Shown here one piece after another: positions 1 to 15,392 of a DNA stretch of 64,000 bases. The position numbers were made by a program, and so were the translations under genes. Numbering within the stretch: position 1 is the first letter of the stretch; each line of letters starts with the position of its first letter. The notes under the pieces were generated by a model. It saw nothing but the letters and a program-made list of their open reading frames with translations. It was not told the origin of the DNA and made no database searches. This DNA comes from Octopus vulgaris (Eukaryota): contig OX597822.1 of NCBI GenBank assembly GCA_951406725.2, positions 1,054,001 to 1,118,000 of the forward strand, read 5' to 3'.

Positions 1-378
1 ATCCATCTAGTCTTTTTAACAGTGATATATATAAGTGATATATATATCACTGTTTGTTGGCCGATGCGTTCCTACTGGGTTTTATTATTCACTATAGCAA
101 GGTGCCTAATATTTAAGATGTTCTGAATGTGTTCGCGAGAGTTTGGAGCTTTTTGCGGGTGTTTGGGTTTACTTACTATAACTCTGCATCATAAAACAAG
201 AAGGATTTGTCCTTCGTATTGAAAATGCATATTTTAATATTTTTGGACAGATATTTGCCTTTCAAACAGGCTTTAAAATGCTGAAGGCTTGAACCGCTTC
301 GCCAAAACTTGCTTCAACATTTTCACTGTAACTTCAGTTGCAGACACCACGTTTCTCAGACTCGCGAAATATTTCAAT

Positions 379-738
379 ATCAGCATATCACGATCCACTG
401 AGTTGATCGCTGTTGTTATTCGATGTTTTAAGGTTATCGCGGTTAGTGGGTAGCGGTGGAACATAAACGCGAACTTTTACACACCTTCGCAAGAAAAAAA
501 TTACACACGGAAAGGTCTGGGGATCTCGCAGACCGAGCACATACGCGTCCGGGAGGAGTTCGCTTATCGCATTGATATTTTCCATGCTGCAGGTGGTGGC
601 CACATCGAACACTTCTAAAACGGGAAATAAAAGTTGCTTCTGAGTAAATACTGTGAAATAACCTGGAGTTTTCTATTGTTTTTTCCTTATTAAAATATTG
701 CATAATGAGAATCGGTTCATTCTGTTTGAATAACACTG
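379..738 (-). mobile_element. Tc1/mariner-derived non-autonomous element, truncated copy
   Basis: The minus strand gives frameshifted transposase C-terminal peptides (RSPDLSVCNFFL, VKVRVYVPPLP, LKHRITTAINSVDRDML). The terminus CAGTGTTATTC is flanked by TA at 739-740. Colinear with the copy at 12705-13192. Confidence 0.8.
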
Positions 739-754
739 TATATATGTATATCAC

Positions 755-856
755 GTGGTCACGTAACCAACCAGGCTATCAGATGCTGCTACACATCGTT
801 GGTCACAATGCGCTTCGCATTGTTTTAGCCTTCAAATGACACAACCCCACTGGCTA
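755..856 (-). mobile_element. SINE family C, 3' fragment
   Basis: Near-identical to the tail part of 10748-11031 (ggctatcagatg..acacatcgttgg..cacaatgcgcttcgcattgttttagccttc). Confidence 0.75.
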
Positions 857-1114
857 TAAATGTGCATATATGTATATATGTATGTATATATGTGTATATA
901 CATGTAAATATATGTACGTATATATATGTATATATATATGCATATATAGATGCATATGTATATATATATATGCATATGAATATATATATGTGTCTATAAG
1001 TATATATGTATATGTATATATATATATATGTATGTAATATATATATATATAGAGAGAGAGATAGATGTATATATGTGTAATATATATGTACAAATATATA
1101 TATTTATATTTACG

Positions 1115-1157
<43 letters not shown>
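857..1157. repeat. Mixed (TA)n/(TG)n microsatellite, representative of dozens in the window (e.g. 1644-1870, 11033-11210, 27100-27572, 40417-40803, 41085-41600, 51522-51900, 60540-60905)
   Basis: Read directly from the sequence. These tracts produce the YI/HT/CV low-complexity ORFs in the track. Confidence 0.97.
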
Positions 1158-1159
1158 AG

Positions 1160-2232
<1,073 letters not shown>

Positions 2233-2511
2233 ATAAAAAACCATGCATTTTTTATCCCGAGCAACTCAGGGTATCCCTGCTTGTATGTATATATATGCAT
2301 ATACATATATACATGCACAAGCACACACACACACACACACACGCACACACACACACAAACACACACACACATACACACACAACGTAATCACCAAAAGTTT
2401 GTACGTATAAGCCTATCACTGAATATACCCCTACCAACACGAACATTACCACCATCACCACAACCACCACCACCATCACTATTACTACTACTACTACTAC
2501 TACTACTACTA

Positions 2512-2544
<33 letters not shown>

Positions 2545-2693
2545 GCAAGACGAATATAACACCACCGTTATTACCTCCATCACCACCGCCACCAGCACTA
2601 TAGTAATAACAACGGTTACCAGTACCCACCACCACCATCACAACTTTCAGCACCGCTACTTTCACCACCACCACTCCCATTGTCACAACCACC

Positions 2694-2910
2694 TATTTCT
2701 TTACTGCCCACAAGGGGCAAAACACAGAGGGGACAAACAAGATCAGACAAACGGATAAAGTCGATTACATCGACGCCAGTGCGTAACAGGTACTTATTTA
2801 ATCGACCCCGAAACGGTGAAAGGCAAAGTCGACCTCGGCGGAATTTGAACCCAGAACGTAGCAGCTAAGCATTTCGCCCGGCGTGCTAACCACTCTGCCA
2901 CCTCGCCGCC
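2694..2910 (-). mobile_element. SINE family A (tRNA-like head), tail type 1
   Basis: Reverse complement of the family consensus GGCGGCGAGCTGGCAGA..GTTCAAATTCCGCCGAGGTCGACTTTGCCTTTCATCCTTTCGGGGTCGAT..GCCCCTTGTGGG.AGTAAAGAAATA. Confidence 0.85.
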
Positions 2911-3188
2911 ACAACCTTCACAACTACAACTGCTACCAAAATCGTCGCCCCTCTTACTCACCAGCTCTACCTTCACCAACACCTTCATCACCACCACCAC
3001 CACCATCACTACCACTCCCACCGCTACACAAGTTGCTGCTGCTGTTACTACAGCAGCAGCAACTGTTGTAGTAGTAGGGTGGAGATGATTGTGGTTGGTG
3101 TAGCGCTGGGAGTGGAAGTGATGGTGGTGGTGGTGGTACTACTACTACTACTACTACTACTACTATTACTACTACTACTACCTAAGTG

Positions 3189-3251
<63 letters not shown>

Positions 3252-3507
3252 GCTACCGATCGACCAACACACCAGCTGGTTGTCCGTTTTGTTCGTTTCC
3301 TTTAGAAGCGCACAATCCAACGATAAAATGTCTACGTAGTCACTTTGATAGCCAGAAATAGCAGCTAAATCTCCGACTGACATAGAAATGGACAAGCCAG
3401 AATATTCTTTTTATTTTTATTTTTGAATGTTTGGTACTTATTATAACTGCTTCATTTCGGTGGCAGAAACAAACCAACACACACACATATACAAACACAC
3501 ACATAAA

Positions 3508-3579
<72 letters not shown>

Positions 3580-3851
3580 TCTGTATTATTCCTGTTAAAG
3601 AATAATATATATGTGGACATATGTGTATATCTCGGCGGGATTCCACACACATTCCCTCGGCCAAGTTCATTCACCAAGCATTGATCGACCCGGACCCATA
3701 GAATAAAACATTTGTCCACAGTGCCGCGCAGTGGGATCGAATCTGAAACCAGGTGGTTACAAAGCGAATTTCTTAACCACATAGCCATGCTTGTCCTGAC
3801 TTGAATGCCTTTGATCACAGGTCTGACGGCTCGATCCCCCCCCCACCCCCC

Positions 3852-3883
<32 letters not shown>

Positions 3884-4608
3884 CATTATGAACAGCAGCA
3901 TCAATAACAATTAACAAAGCAGCCAGGCAGACAATGGCCGCCTAGAGAACGCCCTCCTTGCTTCAGCCGTTCATCGGAATGTCTGACAATCTGAGAGGGA
4001 TTTACGCTGTTTAATTAGAGTATTTCTGGCGGATATATTTCAACTAATTCCTGCTTTTAGGCGAAACATCACGGCTTGAAGAATAACATTTCCGGATCGT
4101 TAGTAGCGTTCTAGGTTAAGCCATAGTCATAAGCGTCTTGTTAAACGAAAGGCTTTCCAGAAGCTTCCTGGGATTTTCATTCATCGTCAGCGGCCGATGA
4201 GAATCTCGTGAATGTAAAGATTCCTTGTCTGGTCAGGCTTGGTCTGGTTTGGTCCGGTTTGGCGTGAAGTGGGTAGCAGTGGTTGCGTTGGCATGCGCTG
4301 ATGGTGTCTCGGCATGGTTAGGTGTGGCTGGATATGACTGGATGTGGTTGGGCGTGGATGGTGAAAGTACATTTATCCAGAAGGGAATTCGGATGAAGTG
4401 TATATTCCCCTTTAACTGAACCACCAAATTTATCGTTTTATATGCATCTATATAATATTGTGCGAGTGTGTGCGTGTGTGTTAATGTATATTTGTGTGTG
4501 TGTATATATATATGTTTCTTTTTGTATCGTCTATCTGGATGTTTTGTTGTCCCTTTTTGCATCACCGAGTTGTCCGGATGTTTTGCGTTCTTGTCCTATT
4601 TTGTATCT

Positions 4609-4655
<47 letters not shown>

Positions 4656-5140
4656 CACAAAAACACACACATACACACATACACCCACACATATGTATAT
4701 ATATATATATATCAGCAATAATAAATGGTAAAATTAATGAATTAATTAATAATTAATAATTCCATCAAGTAGTATTCGGCATGTTAAAAGGACCATTTTC
4801 GGTAAACTTAAACTATATTTTTTTATAATTATGAGCATAATTATAATTAGGGTTCAGCAAGAAAATTTGCTTCATAATTATACCCATAATTATAAAAAAT
4901 ATTATATATATGTATATATATATATATATATATGTGTGTACGTGTATGCATACATATATACATACACACATGCATATACACAGAGACACGCATGCATCAT
5001 GCATACATATGTACATAGCTCCACACACATACACACACACACACATGTATGTATGCGTGCATATATTTATGTCTATGTACACCTAATAATTTATAAACAT
5101 TTAATTATTTAAGTGGTAAAATTATCAGATCAGGAAATGC

Positions 5141-5268
<128 letters not shown>

Positions 5269-6016
5269 CACACACACACACATATATCTATATTCTTTTA
5301 TTCTCACCTGCTTCAATCATTGGACCACACAAATATACAAACGGGGCAAACTTACACACAGATATATGTGGCTGGATAGTCAGAGACTGAATATAATTTG
5401 ATATTCGTTTGATTTTCAAGCAAGTCTGATCTGGGGATGAACAATTAAAAAACAATACCTCATTTGATATATTTTCTGATATATTTTAATATATTTTTGA
5501 TATATTTTCTGGGAAGATACACACGCGCGCACATACATTAATATACGATGTTGGAACAATATTTGGTGAAAATAACGGTGTGTTTAATACTTACAACGTG
5601 TCTCAGACAACTTTATTGAAGAACGAAATGGGTCGATGGTCAGACACCAGTTTTTGGAAGAGATTTAGTTACTTCAGTAACGAACACACCAGGCCAATCT
5701 GAGAAAGATGGAGATTTAGCTCCCATATAAACATCAACAAATTAAAACTCCCATTGATTTGTCCGCGAACTAGCCAGGCTTAGATTAAACCAGTATACGC
5801 ATCTGGAACACACCAGAATGCCTTGCCGATAGTAACACTTCCTGAATTTTCTATTCTATATTTGATAAAGAATCTTTTCCAACATATAATAATAGCATTT
5901 AACGGTCTATGCAAGGAAATACAATGTCATGTCCTTGTACCTACTAATTGACATTACCTTACATATTTTCTAGTGTTGAAATGTTTTTGTTTTTCGTTTT
6001 TTCTTTTGGTAAAATA

Positions 6017-6407
6017 CTAGCAGTATCGCCCGGCGTTGCTCGGGTTTGTTTCGACCCTTTAGAATTGGAATTTTTGAAAAGTAAATATTTTGCATTATGT
6101 AGCTTGTTATTCCCATTGAGAGAAAATTTTTCTGGTTGAAATACACCGAAAAATAGCGACGCAGCAGTAAAAAAAACTAAACAAATAGGGATTTTCATAG
6201 AAAAAAGCACCTTTTTGATGTAAATAATTTTTGGTGTTAACATGGTTCGATTTGAATCTTTTCATCTACGGAAGGAAGAGCAAGCCTTCTTCTTTTATAC
6301 TCTCAATTTTGGTCAACTTGCGTCACAGGGTCTCGGAGGAGATAGTGTTAGATGAAGGCTGCCAAACCTGCCATACACAGACAACTTCAGCTCTCTATAT
6401 AGAGAGA
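6017..6407 (-). mobile_element. Non-autonomous Helitron
   Basis: On the minus strand it has a 5' TC start, a subterminal hairpin CCCGAGCAACGCCGGG and a 3' CTAG end, inserted between A and T with no TSD. A close copy lies at 42896-43285. Confidence 0.85.
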
Positions 6408-7046
6408 TTTATATCAAAATAAAATAAAGCAAAAACGTTATGTGCTTTGTTACTTATTTTTACTTAAAAGTCACCAGCTTTGAGAGTTGGATAGAATGAA
6501 CCTACACTTTGAGTTAAAATGCAGCCGGGATCAGCATTGCTTTTCAGGATCGTTTAAAAAGTTCTAATTCAGAGCAGGACATCGATAAAAATCAGTTAGA
6601 ACATTGGTTCACAATCTCATCCATATACCTCTTCAATTATAACCACTACCTGTATTAAATGAGGATATAAAATTAGTGTTACATGATATCAAGTGTTTTG
6701 GTTGTTTGGCAAAGAAATACTGGGAAACGCTGAAAGCGGGTCGAGTGAGATGTTTTTCAGTATTAGTTCTGGCTCTTTGTGTACTGATGCCAACTCCTGC
6801 GACAACAATGGGAGAAAGATGCATTGGTCCAATTCGGTGGCTTTACTCTTGAGTAAACATTTGTAGTGCGGAGTAAAATTCAATGTATGCGTACTGGTTA
6901 GTCTTATCTGGGTTTGAAAATATATGTGTAGGGGCCTGGTCAAGTTTGAATGACAAGCCTTACTCACACACACACACACACGGACACTCAAACACTCACA
7001 ACACACAAATACGGACACTCACGCACATAATTCACATCTCTATCTA

Positions 7047-7102
<56 letters not shown>

Positions 7103-7574
7103 TCTATCTACCTAGCATAGACAAATACCACATAACATAAATTATCGATTTATTAAATCTATCTCCGCCCACAGCTCATAACAGCTCCCAATGAGAAAGG
7201 GAGCTCATCTCAAGAATCAAGAATTTTCCAGAGTTGACATGCCTTTCAAGAAAAGAACTATATTATATATACTTCTCCGGTGAAGAATTACCCAACGAAT
7301 AGTATAGATATTGGGAAAAATTCCATGGAAATTGTCTGCATGACTACCACGTAGTTATGCGATGTTTTCGTGCGGTGAGCTGAAAAAGTTTGTAATTATT
7401 TTGAAATGAAATTAGTCATAAGAACAAAAACCGTTCGGGTTATCGACAATTCCTATCAAGAAAAGTAAGGCTAAAACTCAGAAAGAACCTATGAATTTGA
7501 CCAAGGTCAGTATGAGAGCGCAAAATTCGACAAGTGACATCACTCCAATATATAACTGTTTAAATATATATATA

Positions 7575-8082
7575 TATTAGAGACAGAAGCAGTACTAATA
7601 CTAAGATGTAATGTTCATCTCCACTTAAAGTGTATGTTCTGTTAGAAAGGCGCATAATGCACTCTAGTTTATATCACTAGCAGAGATATAAATCCCCGTC
7701 ATCTCCAATTCCGAGATCACCAGAGCACGTGATTTCAACTTTCCTTAGTCTCCTCAATCACAGCTAGAGAAAGCAGCGACTCATCTCCCTGCCAGTGATA
7801 TACAGAAAAACAGTACCAAAACAAGCGCTGGTGTCGCGATTATCAAGTGAGCTACTTAAAAAATGTATATTAGCGACAGAGGCAGTATAAATATGGAGAG
7901 GTAATACTTATCCCTACTTAAACGTAGAAGTACTATTAGGACAAATTATACTGCGGTAGATACCATGAAAGAAATTCTCATATTGGCTTTTGGTGCAAAA
8001 ATACGCTCTTGTTCATATTGCTAGCGGGGAGATAAATGCCTGCCATTTCCAAGGATGAGACCACCAGGTCACGTGATTTCTA
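7575..8082. repeat. Two diverged tandem copies (about 7575-7740 and 7868-8082) of a MITE-like repeat
   Basis: Both start tattag.gacaga.gcagta and end cacca...cacgtgatttc. The same family forms a palindrome at 59735-60012. Confidence 0.65.
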
Positions 8083-8089
8083 CCTTCTT

Positions 8090-8290
8090 GGAAGAATCGT
8101 TAACACACCGGGAAAAATGCTTAGCGGCATTTCGTCCATCTTTACGCTCTAGGTTCAAATGCTGCCAGGGTCGACTTTGCCTTTCATTTTTCGGAATCGA
8201 TGAAATAAGTACCAGTTGAACACTGGGGTCGATTTCATCGGTTTGGCCCCTCCCACTAAATGCTGGCCTTGTGCCAAAACTCGAAATCAA
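8090..8290 (+). mobile_element. SINE family A, tail type 2 (a similar diverged copy lies at about 10280-10490)
   Basis: gaatcgttaacac..aaatgcttagcggcatttcgtc..ggttcaaat..gtcgactttgcctttcat. Confidence 0.8.
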
Positions 8291-9347
8291 TATAATTATT
8301 ACGTCATTTAATCAAAAAGAATGAATGGGAAAGTCAAGCGTTGGTAGTCTTTGAACCTAGAATACTAAATTTGCTGCAATAAATCGTTGCAATGATGGTG
8401 CACTCTCATGACATTCTCCTATTACCCCCCCCCTCAAGTTCAGCAATATACATACGCTATTAATTAACTGACATGTCTGTATCCTTTTAGGTATCAAAAT
8501 ATCAATATCAACCACAACAACAATAACAACAACAACAATAATAATAATAATAATAATAATAGTTCCATATGTCATTATTTCATTAAAGTTAAAGAAAAAT
8601 AAAATCAAAAGCAAACTTAATCCACTGTTTGAGTCGAGCTTACCCCCTCTTCATACATGACCAATATCGCCACCACCGACACCTCGGGATTGTATCAACC
8701 TACTCTACACCCTTTACTAGCCGCCTTGAAGGGAAATTAATGGATTTTATGCGCCCGTCAGTGAATCAGAGCTAATATAATAATGTGCGTGCTTTAATAT
8801 CTTCCTGAGTCAAAAGTGACCAGACGAGCTCCGTAAATACACATTAGTAACGATCGGTACGCATATAATCTTACAATATATATTCATGAACTTATATGCT
8901 TAATTATCTGATTATTCCAATGAAATTAATCGAGATAATTTAACCCACGAGATTTACAAATTGTTCTCTGATTTGTTATTCAGATTTTTCGCTTCCTAAT
9001 TGCCTGTACCACACACCAATCCATCCCACCTCTTTGAAGCGTTTTGTTTAATTAGGGGACTTAAAATGAAATGAAACTTTAGCAATTTTCCGATGGGTGG
9101 AACCAGGGAAGGTGTGAAGGCTTAGCAGTGACTTAAAATGCGGTTGGTGTTGTGTGGTGAGGTGAGGTGTGGCTTAGGTTGGAATAATTAGCATAATTAG
9201 AATAGATATTTTATGACTGAAATGGTTTTGGTAAGTTTTGGAAAATTTCAACAATAAAATATCGTTCTTTGTTTCATTGAGCTGACACGAATTCTTGCTA
9301 TCTATCAAACTGTACAGAAATGCAAATACATTCGCTTACAAGCTCTT

Positions 9348-9388
<41 letters not shown>

Positions 9389-10747
9389 TTCACACACACA
9401 CACATACACATACATATGCATTACACTCACGGATACACGAACACAGTCATTCATACGCACACACATTCACTCATTCATACACACACACACACCACACGGA
9501 CGAACACACACACACATGCATACAGACACACCCACACACTATCACACATGTATCCATTAATACACTTGCATATATAAATTTATTCATATCGGTATTTGTC
9601 TGTTCGCATGTGTTTGCGTAGAAGGCGCCATCTGGCTGTGGAATCTCGGCCTTGTACTTGTTTAGATTTTCCATTTGGAAACGTTTAACTTAAATCACTT
9701 TGACTTTCATTCCAAGTGGCAAAGCATGGCATCAGGAGTCCTCATTTATTTTAATCAATAAAAACAATTAAATAACAAAACAAAATAAATCAAAAGAGCA
9801 ATCATACCCGAAAACTATCAGAATATACGAGCTAAATTGCTGCCCTTCGTTTCGTAAAGTAGAGGGCAGCAGTTACAAATATATTTACTTTCAAATTCAT
9901 TCGACGCTTAAAGAACTAGAAAAGTCTTCCCCATTCAGATTTCTTTGGATAGTTTTCTGGTCGTTATCTGAAACCATATTTCCTGCAACAAGAGAAAGGA
10001 GAGAGAACATTTTAAAATTTTAAGTTATATTCTGTTTATATTATTTAAACATATAAAGCTAATACGTGTCTTCCACGCAGCAATCGTTTTAGCTTCAACA
10101 CACGGTCTCAGCTCAAATTACTTGACTGGCCTGTACAACCTCCAATATATATATATATATATTCACATCTATAAATGTCTTTAACTATTTATTTTAATTA
10201 ATCAAGTATTTTTCTTTTCTAGAACTAAATTTCCCCTGAAAAATTTAAGAAGACAATAATTACCAATATTTGTAAAATTCAGGGCAGCGAGCTGGTAAGA
10301 TCGTAGCAAGCTGGGCAAAATGCGTCGCAGCATTTCGTCTGTCTGACCTCAAATTCCGTCGAGTTCGAATTTGCCTTTCATCAGTTCAGAGTAGAATGAT
10401 AGAAGTATGAGTTGAACACCGGGGTCAATGTCATCGACTTATCCCCTGTCCCAAATTTACGAGCCTCGAGCCAAAATTAGAAACCGATACTTATAAAAGC
10501 CAAATGACTGTAGAATGTCAAACACGAGGAAGTTAATTTCTTAGAATAATAATGTTTTTTTTATTTACAATCCGAAGGCTGAAATAATCCGTTGTACATA
10601 AAGGAATATCAGTTATATATAGAGATAATTCATTATTAGTATTCTACATTATTAGAATACTAAGACAGCATCCCAAACAATTTTCTTAAATTTCTCAATA
10701 TATATATATATATATATATATATGTATCACCATGATCGCCATCACCA

Positions 10748-11210
<463 letters not shown>

Positions 11211-11400
11211 TATTACTGCTCGTGGTTCAATTAAAACCAAAATAAATCAATTTATTAGAAAACTGACTTTTCATCTTTAAATGTGATATTATTTGTGTAG
11301 GGGATGCGACAATTATTAAAATATTTGCTAGGGGATAGAGGACATTGAAATGGTTTAAAATCACTGCTATAGACTACATTAGGCTTTAATTTTGATTAAT

Positions 11401-11888
11401 GTACATCTGCATGGAATGGAGTACACGCAGTCTTTGGTGATATTCTCTTCTATTGGTGGTTTTACTCGAAGGAGATATTTGCGAAGTATTGTATTACTCT
11501 TGAATTCCGTCCGATGTCATATGAACCGCATATCTTTTGTATCTTTTCGAAGAGGCATTTCACATAGTGGAGACAGACTGGGGTCAGTTTATGGGCTTCA
11601 TCCTCTCTCTTCTTCCTAATTGGAGTGGGTAAAGTTTTTTGGGTAGTTGTTGCTAAATACATTGTTTCTTAGCTTCATCTTTCTTCGTGGTGTGTATCAT
11701 GTTTGCTCGATACTTTAGGCACTGAGAAAACCTCTCTTTACACTGTATGGATGGTGAGAACTGAAGTCGAGGTATCGTCCAGTGAAGATTGGCTTGCAGT
11801 ATACGGATCTCCTAAACCCATGTTTAGTACGTGTTATTAATACAGCCAGGAATGCTAACTGATGGTCTTTTCCCTTTTCCTTTTACCA
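11401..11888 (-). pseudogene. Penelope-like element: RT C-terminus and linker to the start of GIY-YIG (inverted 5' segment)
   Basis: Minus-strand peptides LAFLAVLITRTKHGFRRSVYCKPIFTGRYLDFSSHHP and FKSNTILRKYLLRVKPPIEENITKDCVYSIPCRC match PLE motifs (LPFLDV..VYRKPT.TG.YL...S.HP; VY.IPC). Stops and frameshifts are present. Confidence 0.85.
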
Positions 11889-12247
11889 CTGCATTTACTC
11901 CATTTCATGCAGTTGTGGTATTCAAAGGCGAAACATGACGCCCACTCAGAATAAGGGTAGAGTAACATCGTAAAGTTGTGAGACGAGGAGATGTTGAAAA
12001 ATCGGGTATAGCTGATCATGTATGGAAAAAACGGAGACCACCTTCGCCTGTGGGATGAAGTTAAAATAATAGGCAGAGAACACCAATGGAAAATACGAAA
12101 ACAAAAAGAGGCAGCCCACATGCTAGGACACAATAGCCTCCTAAGCAGACCTAGTGCAGCTATGAGTAGAATATGGGAACCAGTATTAAGGAAGGATACA
12201 AAAATATTAGGTTTATAAGTCCTAAAATTCACTCTCTAATAGCCTAC

Positions 12248-12320
12248 GGGCACATAACGTAGTGATTAAGAACGTGGGATAGTAATCCCAAGATTCCAAG
12301 TTCAATTCCAGGCAGTGCCT
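12248..12320 (+). other. 73-nt tRNA-like sequence inside the PLE tail
   Basis: The ends GGGCAC/GTGCCT pair. It has an A-box-like TAACGTAGTGA, a central stem TGGGAT/ATCCCA and a B-box-like AGTTCAATTCC. Confidence 0.6.
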
Positions 12321-12394
12321 TGAATAATAATGATATCAAAAAAATACTTTAGGAATGAGAACTCAAGGCTGGGTTAAAAATTCCACCAAGATTC

Positions 12395-12430
12395 CTGAAG
12401 AAGGCTGGAGAGTAAATCAACCGAAATGTT
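12395..12430 (+). ncRNA. Decayed minimal hammerhead ribozyme
   Basis: CTGAAGA-A-GGCTG..CAACC-GAAAT-GTT. Stem II has one mismatch and stem I is not intact in this copy. Confidence 0.5.
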
Positions 12431-12704
12431 TTAGTAACAACAAACAAGATGAGGAAACATATCCGTCCAATGTGAATAATGTTTAGGAGTTTATTTCTTG
12501 CATTTGTAGTCAACACGTAGCAGCCTCCATTTTGTTTCCAATTTAAAAAAATTTCTATTTGGAAGATACAACCACAATATTATGCAACAGTTTGCATTTT
12601 AGACATTGCGGATCCAAATATCAAAATGTGTTAGTGTTAATCTTGGAGATCATCTGCTTTGACATACGATTCAGATATGTTTGTATAGAAGTATTATTCT
12701 AAAT

Positions 12705-13192
12705 AACTCCAGCTAAGTCACAAGTATTTACTCACAATCAACTTTTATTTCCTGTCTTACAAGCGTTCAATGTGACCACCGCCTGCAGCACGGGCAACAT
12801 CAGTGCGATAAGAGAATTTCTCTCAGACGCGTATCTGCTTGGCGTGCGAGATCCCCAGATCTCACGTGTGTAATTTTTTCTAATTGTTGGGATATGTAAA
12901 AGATCGCGTTTATGTTCCACCGTTACCCGCTAACATCGATGACATTAACCATCGAATAACAACAGCGATCAACTCAGTGGCTTGTGATATGCTGATTCGC
13001 GTCTTGGAGGAATTCTCTTACCGCATTGATGTTGCCCGTGCTGCGGATGGTGGCCACATTGAACGCTTGTAAGACAGGAAATAAAAGATGATTGTGAGTA
13101 AATACTTGTGACTCAGCAGGAGTTTTCTATTGTTTTTTTCCTTATTAAAATATTGCGTAATGAAATCGGTTCATTCTTTTCGAATAACCCAG
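12705..13192 (+). mobile_element. Tc1/mariner-derived foldback element with a transposase C-terminal fragment
   Basis: ORF 12884-13072 reads GYVKDRVYVPPLPANIDDINHRITTAINSVACDMLIRVLEEFSYRIDVARAADGGHIERL (typical ..GGHIEHL end). Arms 12705-12838 and 12991-13124 are inverted copies. It ends GAATAACCCAG|TA. Confidence 0.85.
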
Positions 13193-13356
13193 TACATTCA
13201 GAATAGGCGTGCCTCGTGGATATAAAGATTATAAGGCATACTTATCTAGCATGTACTCCATAATATCTGAGTTTATGTCTGTATATACATCCATCCATCC
13301 GTCCATACATACATACGTACATACATACATACATACATACATACATACACACACAC

Positions 13357-13542
<186 letters not shown>

Positions 13543-13544
13543 TC

Positions 13545-13920
13545 TCTCTTTACTCTTTTACTTGTTTCAGTCATTTGACTGCGGCCATGCTGGAGCACCG
13601 CCTTTAGTCGAGCTAATCGACCCCGGGACTTATTCTTTTGTAAGCCCAGTACTTATTCTATCGGTCTCTTTTGCCGAACCTCTAAGTGACGGGGACGTAA
13701 ACACACCAGCATCGGTTGTCAAGCAATGCTAGGGGGACAAACACAGACACACAAACACACGCACACACATACACATACATATATATACATATATACGACA
13801 GGCTTCTTTCAGTTTCCGTCTACCAAATCCACTCACAAAGCATTGGTCGGCCCGGGGCTATAGCAGAAGACACTTGCCCAAGATGCCACGCAGTGGGACT
13901 GAACCCGGAACCATGTGGTT
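13545..13920 (-). mobile_element. SINE family B, lacking the first part of the head
   Basis: Reverse complement of 56926-57308 with an internal (CA)/(TA) tract. Confidence 0.9.
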
Positions 13921-15328
13921 ATATATGTATATATAAATATGTAAATATATGTCTCTGTGTGTATGTATTTGTATAGAGAAGTGTACGTCTACTTGTGACC
14001 GAGTGAGTTTGTCTATGTGCGTGTGTTTGCATGTGTGCATGTGTGTATGTGTGTGTGTGTGTTTGTGAGTGTGTGTGTGCGTGATGTGCGGGTGCGTGTG
14101 CGCGTGTGTGCGTGTGTTCAGGCGTGAATGATGAATCGCGTCAGATGTATAAAGTAAAATAGTTTACATTTAGCATTTAGGAAAAGGACGATAAAAGTCT
14201 AATTACATAATTGAATGAGAGAAAAAAATCAATAAATAACTGGCGTTTTTAAATATAATTACCGAAAGACTTCTTGGCCTTTTGTAGTTAGGAGGAAGTC
14301 GTAGAGTTATGAGCAAATATCACAAGAAATAACTTGAAGATGACATCGTGTCGTGACACTGAGCAATACTTGTGGAGAGATTTAAGATTTTAATTAACTT
14401 TGTGACGTTTAGAAACTTAGTTAACTAGCGATATTTTATAGTTGTTCTGTTCCATAAGGCGGTGAGCTGGTACAATGGTTAGAGCGTCGTGATCATGCTT
14501 TGCTATATTTGCTCCGGGATTTTACATTCTCATTTCAAATCAGCCTTGACTTTCGGGATTGATACAATAAAGTACCAGTTAGGTACGGAGGTTGGTAAAC
14601 TTAATAACACCCTCAGAAGCCACTGGTATTATTGCTGCAAAACAGCGATCAATAGCAGACTCTTTAGATCTAATTACATCTCTTTAAAATCTGAGTTCAA
14701 ATCCCACAGTATTCCAATTAGTATTTCATCAAACGGAGATGTGATTTAATAAATAAGTTTTTTTTTTTATTTAATCGGTTGCAAAGGAGGATGCGACTAT
14801 AAACTTCGCAAAAACTCCGAGACCCGTGGCATCGATGCGTCTACTGTTTCTGTTAGGCATTTTGTATCCATAGCTACGGAAAAATATTTCAAGCAAGGAG
14901 GGAATTCCAAAGCTTAGACATTCAGGGAATCGAGGTTTGTGAGGAACGAAAGAGTGGACACAATATATAGAAGACAAGAATGCAAGAATCGGTTATGTCC
15001 AGGCGTGCAGGAGTGAAGATGATACGAGGACAATCAGTTTCGCAGAGTAGAGGCCATAGGTATAATGGCAGAAAAGCCAAAAAGAGGAAGTAGCATACCT
15101 GTGATTCAGAAGCCAAAGCTTGTCTGCGATGGAATTTATGGCAATCACTCGAGGTGGTGGTGGGGGTGTTGGTCGGGATTCGCTTTCTGTAGATGTGGTT
15201 TATGATGGATCTGTAGCGAGGGATCTTTGAAAAATACTTTTCGATTAATAAGATCAAAAATAGAAAGATAATATTTAATGCAGCAAGGCGCAATTATGCA
15301 TACACACATATATGTACACACACACTGT

Positions 15329-15392
<64 letters not shown>

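Larger units (their letters stand above)
11890..12482 (+). pseudogene. Penelope-like element: GIY-YIG endonuclease remnant and 3' tail
   Basis: CIYSISCSCG..FKGET*RPLRIRVE*HRK..SGIADHVW..WDEVKIIGREHQWKIRKQKEA, followed by a non-coding tail with tRNA-like and HHR-like motifs. Confidence 0.85.

Noticed and set aside
14771-15293. Overlapping minus-strand ORFs, faintly PLE-like
   Set aside because: No convincing GIY-YIG or RT motif could be read.
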